This document shows, one piece after another, positions 37,527 to 49,750 of a stretch of 64,000 nucleotides of DNA (positions within the stretch are counted from its first letter, which is position 1; the number at the start of each line of letters is the position of its first letter). Location of the stretch: positions 2,606,001-2,670,000 of the forward strand of contig NC_087251.1 of the NCBI RefSeq assembly GCF_037042905.1. The letters run 5' to 3'. The notes below the pieces were generated by a model. It was not told where the DNA came from, made no database searches, and worked only from the letters and a program-made list of their open reading frames with translations. Source of the DNA: Lytechinus pictus. Lineage: Eukaryota. The position numbers were made by a program, and so were the translations under genes.

Positions 37527-40500
37527 ATCTGCAGCATATCAATGATCCCCTATAGGCAATGCCAACATTGCTTACTTCTCCTCTAAAAACTAATGGAATA
37601 GCCAAGGTCACATGACCAGTACTATTATTACTACTATTTCAGTAGGAATAGGTACAGGCTGCTAGACTATTCCATTTACGTCCAAGGGTAGATTCATGTG
37701 AGAGGTTTAGTGTAACAGATTTTAATAACATATCATCTGTGTCTTCTCTTCTGTCTTATACTGTTTGCTTACCAATCTGTCTTGTTCTATCTATTCCTCA
37801 ATTTTTCCTATTACTCTATATTTGTAGTTTTCACAAATTTTCACCCCCTCGCTCTCTCTCTCTCCATATAATTTTCATGCACAACACAGGTGATATGCAA
37901 TCTGTATTCTATGATGTGAAATAAGAGAGAATATTTTATTTCTGGCAGATATAAAAATAATTGGGAAGCTTTCCATTGAATCACAATAGGTTTACCACAA
38001 TGGAAATAACGCATGTTTAAGAAGCAATCAAATTCAGTTTCGAAAAGTATCAGAATGCAACATTTCTCATTCCAGACAATAAATACAAAATAAATAGTTA
38101 ATGTGTTAAACCTATTAGTAGCCTGCTAATTACTTTTTTTTTATGAATAATCAATAGATTGTTCTTACTTGGATGATTTCTCTGATCAGAATTGAGAAGG
38201 ATAATGTGAAATCTCAGTCAAATGGAGCTGATTGCTGTGTCCTAAATTCTTACTTTCCTCAGACAACACTCATAGGGGAAGACTGTTATGATAGGTCAAT
38301 TAATCAAACTGGTCCAGACAAAAGGTCAATTCTGTACTCCTTGAGGTCACATTCTTGACCCATGTATGCACACATAGTAAACTTGATGATAGATTAATGG
38401 CTGGGAACAACCCCAATCTTGTACTGTACACTTGAACATGTATTAGATTTATCAAGACCAAGCCCAATGGTCATACATTTTTCATGCTGACCAAGGTCAT
38501 TGTTGAACAAAATTCTCTGTAATGCAGTCTTGATAAAATAGATTCATAGTTTAACTTTGGTTTAGCAGTGATGGTTTATCACTCCGCTTTGAAATGGTGT
38601 AAGAAAGTTTCTAGATTTCATCCAGTTATAATAAATACTTTTTTGGTTCTATTTTCTATACCTCTTCCAGGGGATCAGTTCAAGTACCTTCATCACAATA
38701 CCATGTCCTAAGGATTACAGTAGCAGACAGAGAGAACTGTAAAAAGAGATATTCAGAGCTACGCAATCTCAAAATGCAGATCAGAAAGACTTGTTTAATC
38801 AGTTTTGTAAGTTGTAAAAAATCAACAGTAATTTCAATATTCATATTGTTTTAGAGTAGGTTTTCATCATAATGGATTTGTTTTTCTCTCTATTCAGAAG
38901 AATGAAAATTGGTAGCATTGATCAGGATCACACTTTTACCTGTTTGTAAGAGCCAAAGATCCCTTGCAAGTGATTAGTCTGTGTAACTGCAGTACACTGA
39001 TTTATAAGAAACTTCACGAGACCCTCTTGAATTTTGATTTCAGATTTAGACAATATTTAGCAAAATTCAATTTTTTATCATTATAGTCCTTGTTTTAAAT
39101 TTGTGAAAACTTTGAAACCAATTAAATATTCCAGCATCCTCTTGTAGACAGTATAGAGAATGAAGTAATCATGCCAAAATAAGTGATGATTACAGGGGAC
39201 AAAACAGTGTCTTTTATCCTGTTCTGGCTTATCTTAATGAGTTTGATTGCTTTTATCTCATTTAAAGGATCAATGAACTTTGTCTACATATAAGGTTGTC
39301 AACCCTGTTAGTCAAGGCCAGTAATTCAGTTGTGCAACTTTGAAATTATTTCATTCCGTGTGCTTATTTGAATGATCACTTTGCAAAGAAATGTGTTATT
39401 AACGTAATATTTATGTTTTTAATTGCTATCTTCGTTGAGATTTTTTTTTTAACATGTCAGGTTATAACTTGCAATTGATACAAGTTTTATGAAAAAGCTA
39501 GGGACCTTGATTATGATACAGTTAACTGATTTCTCTTTATTCTGTTTTGCTCATTGTTAATCAAGAAACCAGGTCTGTATACAGTATTTTTTTAAATGAA
39601 GAAAAAATATGCAGTTACCTCAAAGGTTATCTGAGTATTTAAATAACGTCACTGAGTATTACAAGAAATACATTAATTTCTGTCAGTGACTACTTGATTA
39701 TGTGTTTCTGTAAAGTTGCCATTGTAATCAAAACCATTTCTGATTGCTTAGAGATTTATGAATGGTAAAATAAAAGCAGTAAACGTTTCCCCTTTAATTG
39801 CCCTTATTTAAAGACTACTTCAATGGCATGATACAATTCTTATCAGCATATCTTATTTAAAGGTTTAAAGTCTATCTTGTATTCCTCAATGAAAGGCAAC
39901 TATTAACCAAGGAGTCTACAAACAATGATAAGAAGAGTCTACCTCATTTGAATATAAAAGATGAGAAGCATACTATATTTTATGTAAAAAACAATTGTTA
40001 TCAGACAGGTAGAGAAAGATTAAAGTCATGAACTGTAGGGAATTATACTCAATTTGTTTGAAATATATAGTGAGTATTTTAATACTATATTTCAGTTAAC
40101 ACAGCTGTGTGGTGTTTTATAAAGCTCTTTATAAGAAAAGCAAAACTGTGAACAACTACATCTTTTCTTGTGCTGCATATAATTTGTCAGATCTTAACAT
40201 CATAGCAGTGAATCCTTTTTAACCATTTAAATTTTCTTAACAATTAATCGAGCATTCTAATTAAAAAATATCACATTCAAACTTAATTTTATGGTAATAA
40301 AAATGATTGGAATCTGATTTATAACCTCAGCACATTGTGTGTGAGGTTGTATGTAACTTATATTCAGCTTACACCACCCATTAATATAAAATATATATAT
40401 GTGACATTGTGTTGAGATGAGGTGGGAGTTTCTTAATTTAACCTAATTTTTGAGTGGCTTCATACACACTTGATATCATTATCATTTGTTTGTATATCAG

Positions 40501-40767
40501 TATCAGGTACTTTGGACTATACCTTAGACAAATGATAAGAAACCTACATTGAGCAATGGCTGTAGCAAACATTCAGCCATCTATACATTGCAGTTACAGT
40601 ATAATATTAGAGTTTATGTTATAGTCTTAAAAGTTCAAGTTTTTTGTGTTAAGTATATAATGCCCTTGCATGGACTTTAAACAACAGGCGTTAATAAAGA
40701 GAGGTATAGGAGAACTAGCTTGTAATCAGTAATATCATGGAGCTATTATTCCTATGAAGAGTTATTT

Positions 40768-40993
40768 CACTGTGGAAACTCATAGAACAAACTAGTTAAA
40801 AGTGACTAGATTGCAAGGTTACCTGCTATGGGTTTATCTGTTTTGTTTTATTTTTTCAACTAGTATACATAGTCACATTCGATTACCACTTTGCATTTTT
40901 TAACTATGTGGTAAAAATATGGCTAGACATTTTAGTTGAACCCAGCTGAGTATGCCTACTGATGTAGTCATTTTAACTAGTTTGTTTTCAGAG
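40768..40993. mobile_element. Decayed EnSpm-like MITE
   Basis: CACTGT start. Inverted AACAAACTAGTTAAAAGTGACTA / TAGTCATTTTAACTAGTTTGTT. Confidence 0.55.
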
Positions 40994-41454
40994 AAACATT
41001 TTGACTATTGTCAAATTTTAATGATCTCAAGCTATGAATATGTTTTATGAAGAAATAAATGAATATGTAAAAGTAGAAACATTCAGCATTTTTCTCATGC
41101 CATTCTCATGTTTTCAACAATATAGAAATTATTGGAATTATTTTTTTAATTGTTGATTATTATCTAAGTGTCGTTGAAGAAGAAAAGGAAAATTAATTTG
41201 AAAATAAAAATGAAATTCAATTGTGGAAAATTTATTCTTCATAGTAGCAGGAAGAAATATTTCCAGTATATATCCCATTATGATACTATGTTCCAAAATA
41301 TAATATTGGGTTAAGAGGGAGTATGAATGTGTGTTGATAAACTACCCAAAAGTGTCAGTTTATGCCGTGTTGTGTGGAAATGTATCCATTTACCTAGAAA
41401 GAACATATAATTATGTTCCCCCTAACCAACATGAGGTATGTTTTACGCAACCGT

Positions 41455-41662
41455 GGTGATAATGATGATGATGATGATGATTATCCTGATGGTGATCATT
41501 ATGACAACGACAATGACGATGGCAGTGATGATGATGATATTGATGGTGACGATGAATATGACAATGATAATTATTACATTAATGATAGTGACGATGACGA
41601 TAATGATGGTGATGATAATGAAGATGTTTATGACGATGATTATGATGATGGTGGTGGTGATG
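41455..41662. repeat. Degenerate (GAT)n trinucleotide repeat
   Basis: GAT/GAC/AAT/GGT triplets. Explains the Asp-, Met- and His-rich ORFs here. Confidence 0.9.
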
Positions 41663-42166
41663 GGAAAAAAAAGAGATGAGCATTATTGGTCTCCAGCCAA
41701 AGATTCCAATTTCCTCAGTGAAGAGAAAGAAGACTGAGAGAAAACATCGATGGTATATCAAGTTGGCTAAACCAGCAGCGTAGCCAACGAGTTACCCACT
41801 TTCCTTACAAAAATAATTTGCTTTAAAGGTATTGTTTAACTTTGTGAGCAGCCGATTAAACAAATTTTCAAACCAAGATGAAACATGTGTACAAGTTGTT
41901 GTGTTTTGGTTTTGTCGTTCCTTTCTTTACACTTTATCAAATTGTCCTGCCTATGAAGCTAACCTTTATCGAAACCATGAAATTACACAATTCAATATTA
42001 AACCAAAATGACCAATTGAACAGGATCTTGACGCGTGGTCAGTCAACCATTATTTTGGTTGATCACTAACCCAGAGAGCTCCGGCCGGAGCTCTCTTCTG
42101 GGTAAGTGATCACAGCATGATATTGTTTTTATTTTCATTGTTTTTAAATATCCTATTGATCTAAAT

Positions 42167-42372
42167 ACATTTTAAGCATCGTCTTGAATTGTGACTTTTA
42201 TGAATCTGAAACAATAATTGCAAATACTGAAAATATACTCGCGACCGAACTATGGGAATCGCCCGACATTTTAAACATCGTCTTGAATTGTGACTTTTAT
42301 GAATCTGAAACAATCATTGCAAATACTGAACATAATTTATATACCCTCGACCGAACTTTGGGAATCGCCCGA
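42167..42372. repeat. Tandem duplication, period ~99 bp
   Basis: CATCGTCTTGAATTGTGACTTTTATGAATCTGAAACAAT...CGACCGAACT.TGGGAATCGCCCGA occurs twice. Confidence 0.9.
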
Positions 42373-43005
42373 GTATGCATGATTTCATTAATTGCCTGTA
42401 TAAGTTGAGCAATTGCCAAAATGTATATAGTGGACAGAATACGACCAAACGTTTGGTAAGTGTTGGTTAAAAATTGAACAATCGATTTCTGATGGATAAG
42501 TGACCTCTGTAAAATTACTTGTCAACATTGCGTAAAGTTTTGTGTAGGTCTTGACTATATAAGTCCTCAGTATTATGTAATGGTTTATATAGGATCAGCC
42601 TATAACGGTAAGTAAAGTAAACATTGCCTATCATTCTTAAACCGTTTTCTTCGCCACCTCCCTATTTTAATCCGTATTTCATAATATCGTCGAAGTCATC
42701 CTCGCCTATTTTGTTTTGTAGACGATTGCGAGAGATATAACCCCCACAAAAAGGGGGGAAATAAATAAATTTATATAAGGAAAATAAAGTATGGAAAGAA
42801 TTTAGAAATGATTTGATTATGATTTCCTACTTGTCATTGATAATTATTATTGAGTACCACACCAAACTATTCTAATGAATACACACGTCCTCTTATCACC
42901 CCCTCTGTAGTCAATGTTCGCCCCTCGTGCAAGGGAAGATACTTTCCTCAAAGCCCAAAACAAAGGATACTTATAAAAGTCAAATTAACCCCCCCCCCCC
43001 CCATT

Positions 43006-43357
43006 CGGTAAATTGCTGATTCGTCTATTGCCGACTCTTCCACTCATCACTTGGTCATTTCGTCTAACAATAATTGTTTTGGTCCAATAGCCATTTAGTC
43101 CAATCATCACTTTGTCTAATCACCAGTTCGTCTTAGACCATTTCGTCTCGTAACCAGTTGGTCTAATACTCATTTTGTTTTCATTCATTTCGCCCAATTA
43201 ACACGTAATCCAATTATAGACCAAATGGCTATTGGACCAACTGGTTATTAGACGAAATGGTGAATATATAACGAAATTGTAATTAGACCATGTGGATAAT
43301 GGACTAATGGTATAATATAGGCGAGTTGGTAATTGGACGAATTGGCAATAGACCAAT
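43006..43357. mobile_element. MITE with TCGTCTA/TAGACGA internal repeats, copy 1
   Basis: Mirror-arranged ~16-bp subrepeats. Colinear with 53452-53835. Confidence 0.75.
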
Positions 43358-43552
43358 GAAATCCTCATTTCACGTCAGTGTTGACTGGGTGAGTGGGACT
43401 CGGGGAGTAATGTAATGTTAATGAGTCTCCCTCTATGATGGGCTTTGACAAGGGGCCAAACTGGACCCCCCCCCCCTCCCGCCCCTCCTACATGCTCCCT
43501 TGATGAAAGTGTCTCTTCAATTTCAAACCCTCAGTAATGGCTTTTACCAGAC

Positions 43553-45924
43553 TTGAATCATTATTTGAACATGGTCATTTTGTTAAGTGCATGGTGTATG
43601 AATAGATCTCCTAAATTAAGAAATTTTGTAGATGACCCAAGTAAAGGTTCAATAATTGATCTTGTTTTCGCTAATCGTCCTGAACTCCTTCAAAGTATTG
43701 ATGTCACTTCAAACTGTGTCATTAGTGATCACCATGCAATATTAATTAGATTTCATGCTAGTACACCTCAATTACCTAAGTCAATTATTCGGAAGTTTTT
43801 GTGTTACCAAAAGGGGGACTATGAACATCTGAACAATATTCTTAGGCTTGCTCCCTGGGACCTATTCATGAATGACAATGATGTTAATGAAAGCTGGGAA
43901 GGTTTTTTGGACTTATATCAAGCTGCTATCAATGACTGTATACCGCATAAAATCCAAAATAAGAAACGATTTTGCCCTTGGATAACCCCAGAAATCAAGC
44001 GGCTAACTAATAAAGCTAAGAAGCTTTTCATTAGTGCCAAATCGCATTTGAATGATGAAGAGGGTGTAAGGAATGAATGGTGGGCTAAGTACAAAGCAGC
44101 TCGCAATCTCGCCAAGCATGAATGTAGCAAATCTTATTGGAATTATTTAAATGGGCTTTTCTCCATGCGAGATAACAGAAAACGATTCTTTGGATACATG
44201 CGCTCGCTGAGACGCAACCCAACTCCACCAATAATTTCTAGTCATAATGACAGAGTATTGAACAAGCCTGATGAGATTGCCAATTGTTTCTCTGATTATT
44301 TTGTTTCAGTGTTTAGTCCATGCGATTCTGACAATGTTCCGGAATTGCCGAGTGTATGTGATTTCCCTATTGATTCAATGAGTACCCTTGATTTCCCTGC
44401 AAGTGAAATAATGAAGCTAATTGACAACCTATCATTGAACAAATCTCCAGGTATCGATGGAATTACGGCTGTTGTACTCAAGAAAGTTAAAAAACCGATA
44501 TCAGTGGTACTACAGCGTATGTTCAGGATTTCACTTTCATTAGTCAACTTCCCATTCAATGGAAACAGTCCATTGTAATCCCAGTTCATAAGTCTGGTAA
44601 TCCCTCTGATTATCATAATTATCGTCCGGTTGCACTCACCTCATTAGTTTGTAAGATGATGGAAACTTTTATTGACAGATCAATAGTGTCACATGTCGAT
44701 TCATATGGTTTGCTCTCTCCAAAACAACATGGTTTCACTCCCAAAAGGTCATGTGTTACCCAATTACTTAATATCACCCATGATTGGTTAACGTCCTTGG
44801 AAGTATTGCCCACTCCTTTAATCGATGCCATTTTCTTCGATTTTAGCAAGGCGTTTGACCGAATGCCGCATAGTCTTCTACTAAATAAATTATCAAAAAA
44901 CTACAATATCCAGGGCGATACATGGAAATGGATTAAATCTTTTGTTTGTGGGAGAGAACAATCCGTTCAGTTCCGGGGGTCACGATCATGCTGGTCAAAA
45001 GTTACTTCAGGAATACCACAGGGAAGTGTTCTAGGGCCAAGATTATTCAATCTGTTTGTTAATGATATCACTCATGTAGTAAAATCGCAATGTGTGCTCT
45101 TTGCAGACGACACGCTCTTATACCGTATAATACGAAACGAGTCCGATAAACAGTTACTCCAAGCTGACATTTCATGTGTAATTAAGTGGTGTGAATTAAA
45201 CAAAATGCAACTTAATGCTGCAAAAACTAGAGTTCTTAGGATTGCCCCTCGTAAGAAAAATGTTGGGCAAACAGAGTATACAATTGATGATACAATGATA
45301 GAACAAGTACATTCTCTCAAGTACCTCGGGGTCACCCTTAACTCTAGTGTGACCTGGGATGACCAGGTTGATAATGTAATTAAAAGGGCTAATAGAATGC
45401 TAGGTCTTATATCGAGATTAGGTAATGGCGTGTCACAACAGGCATTATTCTGTCTGTACAAATCACTTGTGTTGCCAATCCTGGAATACGGGATCCCGTC
45501 ATGGTATGTTTTCACAAGGAAACATACTGAAGCCCTGGAAAGAGTTCAGCGAAGGGCAACACGAGTAATCTTGAATCAAAGGCAACAGGAAATGCCTTAC
45601 CCACAGCGCTTACAGAGCCTTTCTTGGTTTACTCTTGAATCCAGAAGGAAATATCTAATGATGTCATTTGTAATCAAAAACCTGTATAACATTGTATCAT
45701 GTGAGGCGGTCAATGACAATATAACTGTACGATCACGCCAGAGTGAACACACAATCCTATTCCACCACATGAAAGCCAGAACCGAACGTTTGCACCAAAC
45801 TGCAATACATAGATTTCCGATTATATGGGAAAGTATGCCCTCACATATCAAAGATGAAATTGTATCTGGAAACATCTCAAAACTTCTGAACCTCCTTCGT
45901 CGTGAAATTCTTTCTGTTTTTTGA
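43553..45924 (+). pseudogene. LINE ORF2: apurinic-type endonuclease C-terminus plus reverse transcriptase, single frameshift at ~44543
   Basis: Endonuclease motifs IDLVF and SDH. Linker PWIT and KSPGIDGI. After the frameshift: WKQSIVIPVHKSG..NYRPVALTS, QHGF, DFSKAFD, GIPQGSVLGP, FADD, YLGV, LERVQRRATR. Confidence 0.93.
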
Positions 45925-46541
45925 ATGATTAGACGTCCGATTTATAATGGTATTTCCTTCGATAATGCTTAATTTATTATTTTCCCATTGACAAATTTCA
46001 ACAAAAGAGCAAGTTTATTCATAATTTATACACTAAATCTAATCCGGCCTATTTCAACTTCAACATTATGTCATTTGATCGCTCTTACATGGTTTTATAT
46101 ATTCTTATTGTCTTATATCCCTTTACTTATGGTAGATGCAGTATTATATATCTATAATTTCAAACTTACGATTGCTTTAATGTTTGATGCTTATCATTCT
46201 AATGCTTGTAGATACATAATGATGTGATTGGGGGAAGTATTGTGGGGGTTGGCTTGAAGTGACCAAGTCACATGTATGACCATTGTATTTTGCCGATTCT
46301 AAATATCTTCTTTTTATTTTCACCATTGGTGTTATGACCTGGATGGGGTTGGGAGGTTTGGGGAGGAAGACCTGTGGGTTATGGCTATTAAGTTAGCCTT
46401 TTCCATACCCAGGCAGCCTCTCCAACTCTCATCCAGGTCTTATTTTCTATATCATGTACAAGTTTGATTGATACTGTCTCTGATCTGTTTGTACTCTTAT
46501 TTTTTTGAATGCCAAATAAAATAATAATAATAATAATAATA
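43553..46541 (+). mobile_element. 5'-truncated CR1-group non-LTR retrotransposon (LINE)
   Basis: ORF2 remnant followed by ~600-nt 3' UTR containing an imperfect stem-loop (~46342-46433) and an (AAT)n tail at ~46515-46541. The 5' boundary is approximate. Confidence 0.9.
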
Positions 46542-46623
46542 AACAAAATATAAGTGTGAACAAGAAAATGTGACGTCATAATTTTCAATAATCATTATCA
46601 TGATTTACCGAACATGTTATTTT

Positions 46624-46801
46624 CAGGGGCCGCGGAACGGTTTTCAAAGTGGGGGGGGGGGGCTGAGCCAAAAGGGGGGGCTGACCATGCAAAAAATCAC
46701 AATCATATGGTCATTTTTACGTTTTTGTACACGGTTTTGGAAAAAATTGGGGGCTGAAGCCCCCAGCCCCCCCCCCCCCCCCCCCGCTTCCGTGGCCCCT
46801 G
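46624..46801. mobile_element. hAT-like MITE with 5-bp TSD
   Basis: TIR CAGGGGCCGCGGAA/TTCCGTGGCCCCTG. TSD ATTTT/ATTTT. Confidence 0.85.
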
Positions 46802-47515
46802 ATTTTCACGCGTTTTTCAGATTCTTTATAGAATCGTTCGATCTCCCCAAAAATAGATTTGCCTTTGAGGCAATATTTCTTTTCAAGATATTCACCGGCT
46901 ATCAGACCAACCTGAGCCAAAACTCATGAAATTGTAGTGGAATAATGAGTGAACATTGCAAAGCAATTCTAGTCATAATATACCCCGGGGCGATGATATT
47001 TCTTTTGCAACTCTGCGATTAGCATAAAATGTCAAATTTGAAGATATGTCGGCATCCATTATCGTCAAAATCTATTCACATCTGTATAAAAAAAAGCACA
47101 GATAAAGGATATCGCATAGAGGATATTTTTTATCAGATAAGAGAAGAGCAAAAAGCTGGATTTCCTAAATATGAAATCACCCCCCCCCCCCTCCCCTCGT
47201 TATAAAGACCTGTCTTTTTCGCAACTACTACACTCACACCGCAAGAACTTGACCATTTCTCCTATATTGCGTTGGTTATTACAGTGTTCAAATCTGTCGT
47301 TCAATAATAATATTGTACAAACTCAATATTCCTGTATTCTTTTGCAAATGGATTTAATATATGAATTTGGGCAAACTGCTTGGGCAGCCAAATTTAACTT
47401 TTCATGTGAAAATCACTTCGACCAGAAAAAAGAAGAAGTATGTAATAAGTCGATAAACATGCTTAAGATACCGGGATAATCGTGGGATAATCACCTTATT
47501 TATCAGCTTTATATC

Positions 47516-49750
47516 CAGGGGCGGATCCAGCCTCCACCAATAGGGGGGCCCGAAAAATGTTTCACCCATATTTTCCAAGATCAGCCGCTCAAGGTTGATT
47601 TATGTTTGTTTCTTTGAAGGGATTGTCCCAGTGGCGTAATGAGCCAAAAATTTTGAGGGGGCTTGCAAGGCGTAGCGCGTAAAATGAATAAGAAGTTACG
47701 AGCGAGCGAGCAAAATTTTTGACATTTTTATTACAAAAATCCAAGTTCGTGATAGATTTTAACATAATATTTGGAAAATTATATTATATTTCACCCTTAT
47801 CCCTCTCCTTTTCTCTTTTTTTTTTCTTGATCGTGAATTTAAATAGTGTGAGCGCGAAGTGCGAGTTTTTCAATTTTGAAATTTCATGTATTTTGTCCTG
47901 AAAATTGAACATTCTGGGCAATGTTTGTGAACCTGAACAAGATGCGTATGTAACAAGATAATTACTGCGAGCGCGAAGCGCGAGCAGAAATTTTTATAAT
48001 GCGTTCTGGCCTTGTCGAAAAGGGACCTGTTAAGGACGTTTTGCAGTAAGCCATTAAGACGATACATACTTAAATGATTAAATAATGCGAGCGCGAAGCG
48101 CGAGCTGAAAATTTTTTTACGTTCAGGGGGGCGTTTCATGAAAGGACTTGTCGGATGTTTTATCCGACAAGTCCCATTTTATCCGACAGTTACCATAGTA
48201 ACAATACCTCTCAGTCAATCAACATCAGAGAAAGATGTCAGATCTGACAACTTGTCGGATGAAAATGTTGATGAAACACTCCCCCGGTCTAAGAAATTAA
48301 CGTTCTATGCACTTTTGTAATCATGAATGGTTTAAGTATATAACCAAACAATTATTGATGCGAGTGCGAAGTGCGAGCGGAAAAAATTGAGATTTCAAAC
48401 CTAAAATCGGGACACTCTCTTCATGTTTTGTAAATCATGAAAAAATTGGTATTTTTGGTATCTTCCTACATTAATAATACGAGCGCAAAGCGTGAGCAGA
48501 AAAAAAATTGATATTCTGATCTGAAACTGGATATAATTATAGGCTCATTATTGATTTAAATAGGGAACAAGCTGCGTATCTGAATAAACATGTGTGCGCG
48601 TGTTTCAGATTTCGACCTAGAATCTGGGCATTTTAAATATCTTTTTTCATCATGAAAAAACAATCAAGCGAGCGCGAAGCGCTAGCTTCAAATATTTGAT
48701 ATTCCGATCTGAAAAAAGGGCCAATTTAAGCTGTGTATTTCAAGCACTTTGTAAGAAAATTGTGAGGTGGATATGAATCACAGTTAAAAAAAAAGATCTA
48801 ATATGTTACATTATTATTACTTTGAGTTTTGACATAGGACAGGGACATTTTGAGAACATTATGTCATCATATGAAAATGATAACTATCTTCCTTTTTCTC
48901 TTCCTAAGCGGGAGATGAAACTTTTTGATATTCCATTCTGAAAAAAAAGATTATTTTATTAATATATTATTTATTAATTTAATAAGCCTAAATGAGAGCG
49001 CGAAATTTGTTAATTTATTATGGCCTGAAAACTGGACATTTAAAGCACTTTTGTAATCATGAATAAGATGCATGAGTTAATATATTTTCAACAATCAATG
49101 CGAGCGCAAATCGCGAGCCGATTTTTTTTATAAACTGGCATGATGAGAATTTTAATTAGTTTGCTATAGAATTAATATTGAGATATATATTATCAAATCA
49201 CCAATCAAAATGCGAGCATGCAGCGCTAGCTGTTACGTTTTGACAATTTGACCTGAATTGGGATATTTGAGAACTTTATGGAATACAGGAAAATAATAGG
49301 TACCTGACAAATCAAATTTTGCGAGCGCGCAGCGCGAGCAGAAAATGTTAATATTCAGAAGATAAAACATAAATTTTTACAGAGCACTTTTTAAAAATCA
49401 ATTTGTAAATCAAAAAAAATAATGAAAGTTTGATTTCCGAGCTAAAATATGTTTTGTATATTGACTTCAAAATTTGATATTTGAGCTCCATATTGACCTA
49501 AAAGGCAATGCGAGCGCAAAGCGCGAGCGAAAATTTTATACTGTATAGTGACATGAACGATTTTTAAAAATTATTTTCCAAGTCTTCCACTCATCTTATT
49601 TTATTCATTCGTCTTTCTCCTTTTATGTTTCCCCTTCTTATTTTCTTCTCTCTTTTCCATTCTTTTTCTTTCTTTTTTTCTTTTCCCTTTTTTTCTTTTT
49701 TTTTGGCTCCGCCAATAGGGGGCCCGGGCCCCCACCTGGATCCGCCTATG
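47516..49750. mobile_element. 2.2-kb non-coding TIR element with 5-bp TSD and an internal degenerate tandem array
   Basis: TIR CAGGGGCGGATCCAG/CTGGATCCGCCTATG. TSD ATATC/ATATC. CCAATAGGGGG(G)CCCG near both ends. Repeated TGCGAGCGCGAAGCGCGAGC motif. Confidence 0.85.
48126..48284. mobile_element. Short MITE nested in the 2.2-kb element
   Basis: GGGGGGCGTTTCAT...ATGAAACACTCCCC. Internal inverted GGACTTGTCGGAT/ATCCGACAAGTCC. Removing it restores the ~115-bp motif spacing. Confidence 0.8.

Noticed and set aside
39184..39230. SECIS-like ATGA...AAAA stem
   Set aside because: It lacks the 3' GA of the non-canonical quartet and the helix is short and imperfect.
41413..41761. Asp-rich, Met-rich and His-rich ORFs (possible acidic biomineral protein)
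   Set aside because: All three are translations of one degenerate (GAT)n microsatellite. There is no signal peptide or splice support.
43918..45875. Minus-strand ORFs of 70-147 aa
   Set aside because: They are antisense shadows of the LINE ORF2.
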